This document shows, one piece after another, positions 1 to 12,750 of a stretch of DNA of 64,000 bases. A program made the translations under genes and the position numbers. The notes under the pieces were generated by a model. That model worked only from the letters and a program-made list of their open reading frames with translations, made no database searches and was not told the origin of the DNA. The DNA comes from Eledone cirrhosa. Its lineage: Eukaryota. Position 1 is the first letter of the stretch. The number at the start of each line of letters is the position of its first letter. The stretch is taken from positions 132,370,001 through 132,434,000 of the forward strand of contig OZ024743.1 in the NCBI GenBank assembly GCA_964016885.1, written 5' to 3'.

Positions 1-3000
1 CTTGGTGTTTGGTGCATGGTGTTTGGTGCTTGGTGTTCGGTGCTTTGTGCTTGGTACTTGGTGCTTGGTGTTTGGTGCTTGGTGCTTGGTGCTTGGTGTT
101 TGGCTTTTGCTGTTTGCTGTTTGGTGTTTGGTGTTTGGTGTTTGGTGTTTGGTGCTTGCTGTTTGGTGTTTGGTGCTTGGTGCTTGGTGCTGGGTGTTTG
201 GTGCTTGGTGCTTGGTGCTTGGTGCTTGGTCTTTGGTGCTTGGGGTTTGGTGTTTGGGGCTTGGTGCTTGGTGTTTGGTGCTTGGTGCTTGGTGCTTGGT
301 GCTTGGTGCTTGGTGCTTGCTGCTTGGTGCTTGGCGTTTGGTGCTTGGTGCTTGGTGATTATTTTTTGGTGATAGGTGCTTGGGGTTTGGTGTTTGGTGC
401 TTGGTGTTTGGTGCTTGGTGCTTGCTGTTTGATGTTTGGTGTTTGGTTCTTGGTGCTTGGTGTTTGGTGTTTTGTGTTTGGTTCTTGGTGCTTGGTGCTT
501 GGTGTTTGGTGTTTGGTGTTTGGTGTTTGGTGTTTGGAGCTTGCTGTTTGGTGCTTGGTGCTTGGTGTTTGGTGTTTTGTGTTTGGTGCTTGGTGCTTGG
601 TGTTTGGTGCTTGGTGCTTGGTGCTGGGTGTTTGTTGCTTGGTGCTTGGTGCTTGGTGCTTGGTCTTTGGTGCTTGGGGTTTGGTGTTTGGTGCTTGGTG
701 CTTGGTGTTTGGTGCTGGGTGCTTGGTGCTTGGTGCTTGGTGTCTGGTGCTTGCTGCTTGGTGCTTGGTGTTTGGTGCTTGGTGCTTGGTGATTAGTTTT
801 TGGTGATAGGTGCTTGGTGCTTGGTGTTTGGTGCTTGGTGCTTGGTGCCTGGTGCTTGTTGTTTGGTGTTTGGTGCTTAGTGCTTGGTGTTTGGTGTTTG
901 GTGCATGGTGCTTGGTGATTGGTGCTTGGTGCCTGGTGCTTGGTGTTTGGTGCTTGGTGTTTGGTGCATGGTGTTTGGTGCTTGGTGTTCGGTGCTTTGT
1001 GCTTGGTGCTTGGTGCTTGATGTTTGGTCCTTGGTGCTAGGTGTTTGGTGTTTTGTGCTTGGTGCTTGGTGCTTGGTGTTTGGTGCTTGGTGCTTGGTGC
1101 TTGGTGTTTGGCATTTGCTGTTTGCTGTTTGGTGTTTGGTGTTTGGTGTTTGGTGTTTGGTGCTTGCTGTTTGGTGCTTGGTGCTTGGTGTTTGGTGTTT
1201 TGTGTTTGGTGCTTGGTGCTTGGTGTTTGGTGCTTGGTGCTTGGTGCTGGGTGTTTGGTGTTTGGTGCTTGGTGCTTGGTGCTTGGTCTTTGGTGCTTGG
1301 GGTTTGGTGTTTGGTGCTTGGTGCTTGGTGTTTGGTGCTTGGTGCTTGGTGCTTGGTGCTTGGTGTTTGGTGCTTGCTGCTTGGTGCTTGGTGTTTGGTG
1401 TTTGGTGTTTGGTGTTTGGTGTTTGGTGTTTGGTGCTTGCTGTTTGGTGCTTGGTGCTTGGTGTTTGGTGTTTTGTGTTTGGTGCTTGGTGCTTGGTGTT
1501 TGGTGCTTGGTGCTTGGTGCTGGGTGTTTGGTGCTTGGTGCTTGGTGCTTGGTGCTTGGTCTTTGGTGCTTGGGGTTTGGTGTTTGGTGCTTGGTGCTTG
1601 GTGTTTGGTGCTTGGTGCTTGGTGCTTGGTGCTTGGTGTTTGGTGCTTGCTGCTTGGTGCTTGGTGTTTGGTGCTTGGTGCTTGGTGATTAGTTTTTGGT
1701 GATAGGTGCTTGGTGCTTGGTGCTTGGTGCTTGGTGCTTGGTGCCTGGTGCTTGTTGTTTGGTGTTTGGTGCTTGGTGTTTGGTGCTTGGTACTTGGTGC
1801 TTGGTGCTTGGTGCTTGGTGTTTGGTGCTTGGTGCTTGGTGTTTGGTGTTTGGTGCTTGGTGCTTGGTATCTGGTGTTTGGTGCTTGGTATTTGGTGTTT
1901 GGTGCTTGGTGCTTGGTGTTTGGTGCTTGGTGGTTGGTGTTTGGTCTTTGATGCTCGGTGTTTGCTGCTTGGTGCTTGGTGCCTGGTGCTTGGTGCTTGG
2001 TGCTTGTTGTTTGGTGCTTGGTGCTTGGTGATTAGTGTTTGGTGCTTGGTGCTTGCGGTTTGGTGTTTGGTGCTTGGGGTTTGGTGTTTGGTGCTTGGTG
2101 CTTGGTGTTTGGTGCTTGGTGCTTGGTGATTGATGTTTGGTGCTTGTTGCTTGGTGTTTGGTGCTTGGTGCTTGGTGTTTGGTGCTTGGTGTTTGGTGCT
2201 TGGTGCTTGGTGCTTGGTGTTTGGTGTTTGGTGCTTGCTGCTTGGTGCTTGGTGTTTGGTGCTTGGTGCTTGGTGATTAGTGTTTGGTGATTGGTGCTTG
2301 GGGTTTGGTGTTTGGTGCTTGGTGTTTGGTGCTTGGTGCTTGCTGTTTGGTGTTTGGTGTTTGGTTCTTGGTGCTTGGTGTTTGGTGTTTGGTGTTTGGT
2401 GCTTGGTGCTTGGTGCTTGGTGTTTGGTGCTTGGTGCTTGGTGCTTGGTGTTTGGTGCTGCGTGCTTGGTGTTTGGTGTTTGGTGCTTTGTGCCTGGTGC
2501 TTGTTGTTTGGTGTTTGGTGCTTAGTGCTTGGTGTTTGGTGTTTGGTGCTTGGTGCTTGGTGGCTGGTGTTTGGTGCTTGGTGTTTGGTGTTTGGTGCTT
2601 GGTGCTTGGTGCCTGGTGTTTCGTGCTTGGTGCTTGGTGTTTGGTGCTTGGTGTTTGGTGCTTGGTGCTTGGTACTTGGTGTTTGATGCTGGGTGCTTGG
2701 TGTTTGGTGTTTGGTGCTTGGTGCTTGGTGTTTGGTGTTTGGTGCTTGGTGCCTGGTGCTTGTTGTTTGGTGTTTGGTGCTTGGTGCTTGGTATTTGGTG
2801 TTTGGTGCTTGGTGCTTGGTATCTGGTATTTGGTGCTTGGTGTTTGGTATTTGGTGCTTCGTGCTTGGTGCTTGGTGTTTGGTGTTTGGTTCCTGGTGCT
2901 TGGTGTTTGGCGTTTGCTGTTTGCTGTTTGGTGTTTGGTGTTTGGTGTTTGGTGTTTGGTGCTTGCTGTTTGGTGCTTGGTGCTTGGTGTTTGGTGTTTT

Positions 3001-3664
3001 GTGTTTGGTGCTTGGTGCTTGGTGTTTGGTGCTTGGTGCTTGGTGCTGGGTGTTTGGTGCTTGGTGCTTGGTGTTTGGTGCTTGGTGCTTGGTGCTTGGT
3101 GTTTGGTCCTTGGTGCTTGGTGCTTGGTCTTTGGTGCTTGGGGTTTGGTGTTTGGTGCTTGGTGCTTGGTGTTTGGTGCTTGGTGCTTGGTGCTTGGTGC
3201 TTGGTGTTTGGTGCTTGGTGCTTGGTGCTTGGTGTTTGGTCCTTGGTGCTTGGTGCTTGGTGTTTGGTGCTTGGTGCTTCGTGATTAGTGTTTGGTGATT
3301 GGTGCTTGGGGTTTGGTGTTTGGTGCTTGGTGTTTGGTGCTTGGTGCTTGCTGTTTGGTGTTTGGTGTTTGGTGCTTGGTGCTTGCTGTTTGGTGTTTGG
3401 TGTTTGGTGTTTGGTGCTTGGTGCTTGGTGCTTGGTGTTTGGTGCTTGGTGCTTGGTGCTTGGTGTTTGGTGCTGCGTGCTTGGTGTTTGGTGTTTGGTG
3501 CTTGGTGCCTGGTGCTTGTTGTTTGGTGTTTGGTGCTTAGTGCTTGGTGTTTGGTGTTTGGTACTTGGTGCTTGGTGGCTGGTGTTTGGTGCTTGGTGTT
3601 TGGTGCTTGGTGCTTGGTGCCTGGTGTTTCGTGCTTGGTGCTTGGTGCTTGGTGTTTGGTGATT

Positions 3665-4700
3665 GGTGATTGGTGCTTGGTGTTTGGTGCTTGGTGCTTG
3701 GTGCTTGGTGTTAAGTGTTTGGTGCTTGGTGCTTGGTGTTTGATGTTTGGTGCTTGGTGCTTGGTGTTTGGTGTTTGGTGCTTGGTGCTTGGTGTTTGGT
3801 GTTTGGTGCTTGCTGCTTGCTGCTTGGTGTTTGGTGCTTGGTGTTTGGTGCTTGGTGTTTTGTGCTTGGTGCTTGGTGTTTGGTGTTTGGTGCTAGGGGC
3901 TTGGTGCTTGGTGCTTGGTGTTTGGTGCTTGGTGCTTGCTGTTTGGTGTTTGGTGCTTGGTGCGTGGGACTTCGTGTTTGGTGTTTGGTGCTTGGTGTTT
4001 GGTGCCTGGTGTTTGGGGCTTGGTGTTCGGTGCTTGGTGCTTGGTGCTTGGTGCTTGGTGTTTGGTGTTTGGTGCTTGGTGCTTGGTGTTTGATGTTGGG
4101 TCCTTGGTGCTTGGTGTTTGGTGTTTGGTGCTTGGTGTTTGGTGTTTGGTGCTTGCTGCTTGCTGCTTGTTTCGTTCTTTGTGATTGGAGCTTGGTGTTT
4201 GGTGCTTGGTGCTTGGTGCTTGGTGTTAAGTGTTTGGTGCTTGGTGCTTGGTGTTTGATGTTTGGTGCTTGGTGCTTGGTGTTTGGTGTTTGGTGCTTGG
4301 TGCTTGGTGTTTGGTGTTTGGTGCTTGCTGCTTGCTCCTTGGTGTTTGGTGCTTGGTGATTGGTGCTTGGTATTTTGTGCTTGGTGCTTGGTGTTTGGTG
4401 TTTGGTGCTAGGGGCTTGGTGCTTGGTGCTTGGTGTTTGGTGCTTGGTGCTTGCTGTTTGGTGTTTGGTGCTTGGTGCGTGGGACTTCGTGTTTGGTGTT
4501 TGGTGCTTGGTGTTTGGTGCTTGGTGTTTGGGGCTTGGTGTTCGGTGCTTGGTGCTTGGTGCTTGGTGCTTGGTGTTTGGTGTTTGGTGCTTGGTGCTTG
4601 GTGTTTGATATTGGGTCCTTGGTGCTTGGTGTTTGGTGTTTGGTGCTTGGTGTTTGGTGTTTGGTGCTTGCTGCTTGCTGCTTGTTGTTTCGTTCTTTGT
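3665..4700 (+). repeat. Tandem duplication, period 515 bp (2 copies)
   Basis: Rare monomers TTAAGTG (3711/4226), CTAGGGG, CGTGGGA-CTTCGTG and TTGGGTC recur in the same order 515 bp apart. 515 = 74x7-3, explained by the 4-bp monomer CTTG at ~4166. Confidence 0.85.
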
Positions 4701-7700
4701 GATTGGTGCTTGGTGCTTGTTGTTTGGTGCTTGGTGCTTGGTGTTTGGTGTTTGGTGCTTGGTGCTTGGGGCTTGGTGTTTGGTGCTTGGTGCTTGGTGC
4801 TTGGTGTTTGGTGTTTGGTGCTTGGTGTTTGGTGCTTGGTGTTTGGTGCTGGGTGGTGGGTGTTTGGTGCTTGGTGCTTGGTGTTTGGTGCTTGGTGTTT
4901 GGTGCTTGTTGTTTGGTGCTTGGTGCTTGGTGCTTGGTCTTTGGTGCTTGGTGTTTGGCGTTTGGTGCTTGGTGTTTGGTGCTTGGTGCTTGGTGCTTGG
5001 TGTTTGGTGCTTGGTGCTTGGTGATTAGTGTTTGTTGCTTGGTGCTTGGGGTTTGGTGGTTGGTGCTTGGTGCTTGGTGTTTGGTGTTTGGTGTTTGGTG
5101 TTTTGTGTTTGCTGTTTGGTGTCTGCTTTTTGGTGTTTGGTGTTTGCTGTATGGTGTTTGCTGTTTCGTATTTGGTTTTTGCTGTTTGGTGTTTGGTGTT
5201 TGCTGTTTGGTGTTTGGTGTTTTGTGTTTGGTGCTTGGTGCTTGGTGTTTGGTGCTTGGTGCTTGGTGCTGGGTGTTTGGTGCTTGGTGCTTGGTGTTTG
5301 GTGCTTGGTGCTTGGTGTTTGGTCCTTGGTGTTTGGTGTTTGTTGCTTGGTGTTTGGTGTTTGGTACTTGGTGCTTGGTGCTTGGTGCTTGGTGTTTGGT
5401 GCTTGGTGCTTGGTGCTTGGTGTTTGATGCTGCGTGCTTGGTGTTTGGTGTTTGGTGCTTGGTGCTTGGTGTTTGGTGTTTGGTGCTTGGTACCTGGTGC
5501 TTGTTGTTTATTGTTTGGTGCTTGGTGCTTGGTGTTTGGTGTTTGGTGCTTGGTGCTTGGTATCTGGTATTTGGTGCTTGGTGTTTGGTGTTTGGTGCTT
5601 CGTGCTTGGTGCTTGGTTCCTGGTGCTTGGTGTTTGGTGTTTGGTGTTTGGTGCTTGGTGGTTGGTGTTTGGTGTTTGATGCTTGGTGTTTGCTGCTTGG
5701 TGCTTGGTGCTTGGTGTTTTGTGTTTGGTGCTTGGTGCTTGGTGCCTGGTGCTTGGTGCTTCGTTCTTGTTGTTTGGTGCTTGGTGCTTGGTGATTAGTG
5801 TTTGGTGCTTGGTGCTTGGTGCTTGGTCTTTGGTGCTTGGTGTTTGGCGTTTGGTGCTTGGTGCTTGGTGTTTGGTGCTTGGTGCTTGGTGCTTGGTGTT
5901 TGGTGCTTGGTGCTTGGTGATTAGTGTTTGTTGCTTGGTGCTTGGAGTTTGGTGGTTGGTGCTTGGTGCTTGGTGTTTGGTGTTTGGTGTTTGGTGTTTT
6001 GTGTTTGCTGCTTGGTGTCTGCTTTTTGGTGTTTGGTGTTTGCTGTATGGTGTTTGCTGTTTCGTATTTGGTTTTTGCTGTTTGGTGTTTGGTGTTTGCT
6101 GTTTGGTGTTTGGTGTTTTGTGTTTGGTGCTTGGTGCTTGGTGTTTGGTCCTTGGTGCTTGGTGCTTGGTCTTTGGTGCTTGGGGTTTGGTGTTTGGTGC
6201 TTGGTGCTTGGTGTTCGGTTCTTGGTGCTTGGTGCTTGGTGCTCGGTGTTTGGTGCTTGGTGCTTGGTGCTTGGTGTTTGGTCCTTGGTGCTTGGTGCTT
6301 CGTCTTTGGTGCTTGGGGTTTGGCGTTTGGTGCTTGGTGCTTGGTGTTTGGTGCTTGGTGATTGGTGCTTGGTGCTTGGTGTTTGGTGCTTGCTGCTTGG
6401 TGCTTGGTGTTTGGTGCTTGGTGCTTCGTGATTAGTGTTTGGTGATTGGTGCTTGGGGTTTGGTGTTTGGTGCTTGGTGTTTGGTGCTTGGTGCTTGCTG
6501 TTTGGTGTTTGGTGTTTGGTGCTTGGTGCTTGCTGTTTGGTGTTTGGTGTTTGGTGTTTGGTGCTTGGTGCTTGGTGCTTGGTGTTTGGTGCTTGGTGCT
6601 TGGTGCTTGGTGTTTGGTGCTGCGTGCTTGGTGTTTGGTGTTTGGTGCTTGGTGCCTGGTGCTTGTTGTTTGGTGTTTGGTGCTTAGTGCTTGGTGTTTG
6701 GTGTTTGGTACTTGGTGCTTGGTGGCTGGTGTTTCGTGCTTGGTGTTTGGTGTTTGGTGCTTGGTGCTTGGTGCCTGGTGTTTCGTGCTTGGTGCTTGGT
6801 GCTTGGTGTTTGGTGTTTGTTGCTTGGTGTTTGGTGTTAGGTACTTGGTGCTTGGTGCTTGGTGCTTGGTGCTTGGTGTTTGATGCTGCGTGCTTGGTGT
6901 TTGGTGTTTGGTGCTTGGTGCTTGGTGTTTGGTGTTTGGTGCTTGGTGCCTGGTGCTTGATGTTTAGTGTTTGGTGCTTGGCGCTTGGTGTTTGGTGTTT
7001 GGTGCTTGGTGCTTGGTATCTGGTATTTGGTGCTTGGTGTTTGGTGTTTGGTGCTTCGTGCTTGGTACTTGGTGTTTGGTGTTTGGTTCCTGGTGCTTGG
7101 TGTTTGCTGCTTGGTGGTTAGTGTTTGGTGTTTGATGCTTGGTGTTTGCTGCTTGGTGCTTGGTGCTTGGTGTTTTGTGTTTGGTGCTTGGTGCTTGGTG
7201 CCTGGTGCTTGGTGCTTCGTTCTTATTGTTTGGTGCTTGGTGCTTGGTGATTAGTGTTTGGTGCTTGGTGCTTGCGGTTTGGTGTTTGGTGCTTGGGGTT
7301 TGGTGTTTGGTGCTTGGTGCTTGGTGTTTGGTGCTTGGTGCTTGGTGCTTGGTGTTTGGTGCTTGTTGCTTGGTATTTGGTGCTTGGTGCTTGGTGTTTG
7401 GTGCTTGGTGTTTGGTGCTTGGTGCTTGGTGCTTGGTGTTTGGTGTAAGGTGTTTGGTGCTTGGTGCTTGTGCTTGATGTTTGGTCCTTGGTGCTTGGTG
7501 TTTGGTGTTTGGTGTTTGGTGCTTGGTGTTTGGTGTTTGGTGCTTGGTGCTTGGTGCTTGGTGTTTTGTGTTTGGAGCTTGGTGCTTGGTGTTTGGTGCT
7601 TCGGTCTTCATGCTTGGTGTTTCTTGCTTGGTGCTTGGTGTTTGGTGCTTGGTGCCTGGTGCTTGGTGTTTGGTGTTTGCTGTTTGGTGTCTGCTTTTTG

Positions 7701-10700
7701 GTGTTTGGTGTTTTGTGCTTGGTGCCTGGTTTTTGGTGTTTGGTGCTTGGTAGCTGGTGCTTGTTGTTTGGTGTTTGGTGCTTGGTGCTTGGTGCTTGGT
7801 GTTTGGTGCCTGGTGTCTGGTGTTTGGTGCTTGGTGTTTGGTGTTTGGTGGTTGGTGCTTGGTGTTTGGTGTTTGGTGCTGGGTGCTTGGAGTTTGGTGC
7901 TTGGTGCTTGGTGCTTAGTGCTTGGTGTTTGGTGTTTGGTGCTTGGTGTTTGGTGTTTGGTGTTTGATGCTTGGTGTGTGCTGCTTGGTGCTTGGTGCTT
8001 GGTGTTTGATGTTGGGTCCTTGGTGCTTGGTGTTTGGTGTTTGGTGCTTGCTGCTTGCTGCTTGTTTCGTTCTTTGTGATTGGTGCTTGTTGTTTGGTGC
8101 TTGGTGCTTGGTGCTTGGTGTTAAGTGTTTGGTGCTTGGTGCTTGGTGTTTGATGTTTGGTGCTTGGTGCTTGGTGTTTGGTGTTTGGTGCTTGGTGCTT
8201 GGTGTTTGGTGTTTGGTGCTTGCTGCTTGCTCCTTGGTGTTTGGTGCTTGGTGATTGGTGCTTGGTATTTTGTGCTTGGTGCTTGGTGTTTGGTGTTTGG
8301 TGCTAGGGGCTTGGTGCTTGGTGCTTGGTGTTTGGTGCTTGGTGCTTGCTGTTTGGTGTTTGGTGCTTGGTGCGTGGGACTTCGTGTTTGGTGTTTGGTG
8401 CTTGGTGTTTGGTGCTTGGTGTTTGGGGCTTGGTGTTCGGTGCTTGGTGCTTGGTGCTTGGTGCTTGGTGTTTGGTGTTTGGTGCTTGGTGCTTGGTGTT
8501 TGATATTGGGTCCTTGGTGCTTGGTGTTTGGTGTTTGGTGCTTGGTGTTTGGTGTTTGGTGCTTGCTGCTTGCTGCTTGTTGTTTCGTTCTTTGTGATTG
8601 GTGCTTGGTGCTTGTTGTTTGGTGCTTGGTGCTTGGTGTTTGGTGTTTGGTGCTTGGTGCTTGGGGCTTGGTGTTTGGTGCTTGGTGCTTGGTGCTTGGT
8701 GTTTGGTGTTTGGTGCTTGGTGTTTGGTGCTTGGTGTTTGGTGCTGGGTGGTGGGTGTTTGGTGCTTGGTGCTTGGTGTTTGGTTTTTGGTGTTTGGTGC
8801 TTGTTGTTTGGTGCTTGGTGCTTGGTGCTTGGTCTTTGGTGCTTGGTGTTTGGCGTTTGGTGCTTGGTGCTTGGTGTTTGGTGCTTGGTGCTTGGTGCTT
8901 GGTGTTTGGTGCTTGGTGCTTGGTGATTAGTGTTTGTTGCTTGGTGCTTGGGGTTTGGTGGTTGGTGCTTGGTGCTTGGTGTTTGGTGTTTGGTGTTTGG
9001 TGTTTTGTGTTTGCTGTTTGGTGTCTGCTTTTTGGTGTTTGGTGTTTGCTGTATGGTGTTTGCTGTTTCGTATTTGGTTTTTGCTGTTTGGTGTTTGGTG
9101 TTTGCTGTTTGGTGTTTGGTGTTTTGTGTTTGGTGCTTGGTGCTTGGTGTTTGGTGCTTGGTGCTTGGTGCTGGGTGTTTGGTGCTTGGTGCTTGGTGTT
9201 TGGTGCTTGGTGCTTGGTGTTTGGTCCTTGGTGTTTGGTGTTTGTTGCTTGGTGTTTGGTGTTTGTTACTTGGTGCTTGGTGCTTGGTGCTTGGTGTTTG
9301 GTGCTTGGTGCTTGGTGCTTGGTGTTTGATGCTGCGTGCTTGGTGTTTGGTGTTTGGGGCTTGGTGCTTGGTGTTTGGTGTTTGGTGCTTGGTGCCTGGT
9401 GCTTGTTGTTTAGTGTTTGGTGCTTGGTGTTTGGTGTTTGGTGCTTGGTGCTTGGTATCTGGTATTTGGTGCTTGGTGTTTGGTGTTTGGTGCTTCGTGC
9501 TTGGTGCTTGGTTCCTGGTGCTTGGTGTTTGGTGCTTGGTGTTTGGTGCTTGGTGGTTGGTGTTTGGTGTTTGATGCTTGGTGTTTGCTGCTTGGTGCTT
9601 GGTGCTTGGTGTTTTGTGTTTGGTGCTTGGTGCTTGGTGCCTGGTGCTTGGTGCTTCGTTCTTGTTGTTTGGTGCTTGGTGCTTGGTGATTAGTGTTTGG
9701 TGCTTGGTGCTTGGTGCTTGGTCTTTGGTGCTGTGGTGTTTGGCGTTTGGTGCTTGGTGCTTGGTGTTTGGTGCTTGGTGCTTGGTGCTTGGTGTTTGGT
9801 GCTTGGTGCTTGGTGATTAGTGTTTGTTGCTTGGTGCTTGGGGTTTGGTGGTTGGTGCTTGGTGCTTGGTGTTTGGTGTTTGGTGTTTGGTGTTTTGTGT
9901 TTGCTGCTTGGTGTCTGCTTTTTGGTGTTTGGTGTTTGCTGTATGGTGTTTGCTGTTTCGTATTTGGTTTTTGCTGTTTGGTGTTTGGTGTTTGCTGTTT
10001 GGTGTTTTGTGTTTTGTGTTTGGTGCTTGGTGCTTGGTGTTTGGTGCTTGGTGCTTGGTGCTGGATGTTTGGTGCTTGGTGCTTGGTGTTTGGTGCTTGG
10101 TGCTTGGTGCTTGGTGTTTGGTCCTTGGTGCTTGGTGCTTGGTCTTTGGTGCTTGGGGTTTGGTGTTTGGTGCTTGGTGCTTGGTGTTCGGTGCTTGGTG
10201 CTTGGTGCTTGGTGCTTGGTGTTTGGTGCTTGGTGCTTGGTGCTTGGTGTTTGGTCCTTGGTGCTTGGTGCTTGGTCTTTGGTGCTTGGGGTTTGGCGTT
10301 TGGTGCTTGGTGCTTGGTATTTGGTGCTTGGTGATTGGTGCTTGGTGCTTGGTGTTTGGTGCTTGCTGCTTGGTGCTTGGTGTTTGGTGCTTGGTGCTTC
10401 GTGATTAGTGTTTGGTGATTGGTGCTTGGGGTTTGGTGTTTGGTGCTTGGTGTTTGGTGGTTGGTGCTTGCTGTTTGGTGTTTGGTGTTTGGTGCTTGGT
10501 GCCTGCTGTTTGGTGTTTGGTGTTTGGTGTTTGGTGCTTGGTGCTTGGTGCTTGGTGTTTGGTGCTTGGTGCTTGGTGCTTGGTGTTTGGTGCTGCGTGC
10601 TTGGTGTTTGGTGTTTGGTGCTTGGTGCCTGGTGCTTGTTGTTTGGTGTTTGGTGCTTAGTGCTTGGTGTTTGGTGTTTGGTACTTGGTGCTTGGTGGCT

Positions 10701-12000
10701 GGTGTTTCGTGCTTGGTGATTGGTGTTTGGTGCTTGGTGCTTGGTGCCTGGTGTTTGGTGTTTGTTGCTTGGTGTTTGGTGTTAGGTACTTGGTGCTTGG
10801 TGCTTGGTGCTTGGTGCTTGGTGCTTGGTGTTTGATGCTGCGTGCTTGGTGTTTGGTGTTTGGTGCTTGGTGCTTGGTGTTTGGTGTTTGGTGCTTGGTG
10901 CCTGGTGCTTGATGTTTAGTGTTTGGTGCTTGGTGCTTGGTGTTTGGTGTTTGGTGCTTGGTGCTTGGTATCTGGTCATTGGTGCTTGGTGTTTGGTGTT
11001 TGGTGCTTCGTGCTTGGTGCTTGGTGTTTGGTGTTTGGTTCCTGGTGCTTGGTGTTTGGTGCTTGGTGGTTGGTGTTTGGTGTTTGATGCTTGGTGTTTG
11101 CTGCTTGGTGCTTGGTGCTTGGTGTTTTGTGTTTGGTGCTTGGTGCTTGGTGCCTGGTGCTTGGTGCTTCGTTCTTGTTGTTTGGTGCTTGGTGCTTGGT
11201 GATTAGTGTTTGGTGCTTGGTGCTTGCGGTTTGGTGTTTGGTGCTTGGGGTTTGGTGTTTGGTGCTTGGTGCTTGGTGTTTGGTGCTTGGTGCTTGGTGC
11301 TTGGTGTTTGGTGCTTGTTGCTTGGTATTTGGTGCTTGGTGCTTGGTGTTTGGTGCTTGGTGTTTGGTGCTTGGTGCTTGGTGCTTGGTGCTTGGTGTAA
11401 GGTGTTTGGTGCTTGGTGCTTGTGCTTGATGTTTGGTCCTTGGTGCTTGGTGTTTGGTGTTTGGTTCTTGGTGCTTGGTGTTTGGTGTTTGGTGCTTGGT
11501 GCTTGGTGCTTGGTGTTTTGTGTTTGGAGCTTGGTGCTTGGTGTTTGGTGCTTCGGTCTTCATGCTTGGTGTTTCTTGCTTGGTGCTTGGTGTTTGGTGC
11601 TTGGTGCCTGGTGCTTGGTGTTTGGTGTTTGCTGATTGGTGTCTGCTTTTTGGTGTTTGGTGTTTTGTGCTTGGTGCCTGGTGTTTGGCATTTGGTGCTT
11701 GGTGCTTGGTGTTTGGTGCTTGGTGCTTGGTTTTTGGTGTTTGGTGCTTGGTACCTGGTGCTTGTTGTTTGGTGTTTGGTGCTTGGTGCTTGGTGCTTGG
11801 TGTTTGGTGCCTGATGTCTGGTGTTTGGTGCTTGGTGTTTGGTGTTTGGTGGTTGGTGCTTGGTGTTTGGTGTTTGGTGCTGGGTGCTTGGAGTTTGGTG
11901 CTTGGTGCTTGGTGCTTAGTGCTTGGTGTTTGGTGTTTGGTGCTTGGTGTTTGGTGTTTGGTGTTTGATGCTTGGTGTGTGCTGATTGGTGCTTGGTGCT
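4075..12000 (+). repeat. Higher-order tandem duplication, period ~3.9-4.0 kb (2 copies)
   Basis: Near-identical ORF translations at offsets 3895 (4230/8125, 4360/8255), 3902 (5028/8930), 3973 (6435/10408) and 3952 (7139/11091, 7461/11413). Shared rare markers include TAAGGTG, CTTCGGT-CTTCATG and TTTCGTA. Confidence 0.9.
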
Positions 12001-12750
12001 TGGTGTTTTGTGTTTGGTGTTTGGTGCTTGGTGCCTGGTTCTTGGTGCTTGGTGCTTGTTGTTTGGTGCTTGGTGCTTGGTGATTAGTGTTTTGTGCTTG
12101 GTGCTTGGGGTTTGCTGTTTGGTACTTGGTGTTTGGTGCTTGGTGCTTGGTGTTTGGTGTTTGGTGTTTGGTGCTTGGTGTCTGGTGTTTGGTGTTTGGT
12201 GTTTGGTGCTTGGTGCTTGGTGTTTGGGTTTTGGTGCTTGGTTGTTGGTGTTTGGTGTTTGGTGCTTGGTGTTTGGTGTTAGGTGCTTGGTGTTTGGTGC
12301 TGGGTGCTTGGTGCTTGGTGTTTGGTGCTGGGTGCTTGGTGTTTGGTGCTTGGTGCTTGGTGCTTGGTGCTTGGTGTTTGGTGTTTGGTACTTGGTGCTT
12401 GGTGTTTGGTGTTTGATGCTTGGTGTGTGCTGCTTGGTGCTTGGTGCTTGGTGTTTTGTGTTTGGTGTTTGGTGCTTGGTGCCTGGTTCTTGGTGCTTGG
12501 TGCTTGTTGTTTGGTGCTTGGTGCTTGGTGATTAGTGTTTTGTGCTTGGTGCTTGGGGTTTGCTGTTTGGTACTTGGTGTTTGGTGCTTGGTGCTTGGTG
12601 TTTGGTGTTTGGTGTTTGGTGCTTGGTGTCTGGTGTTTGGTGTTTGGTGTTTGGTGCTTGGTGCTTGGTGTTTGGGTTTTGGTGCTTGGTTGTTGGTGTT
12701 TGGTGTTTGGTGCTTGGTGTTTGGTGTTTGGTGCTTGGTGTTTGGTGCTT
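11960..12750 (+). repeat. Tandem duplication, period 448 bp (64 monomers); paralog at ~28675-29460
   Basis: ORF starts 11972/12420 and 12087/12535 (offset 448), and the same pattern at 28687/29135 and 28802/29250. Markers TGTGCTG, ATTAGTG-TTTTGTG and TTTGGGT. Confidence 0.85.
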
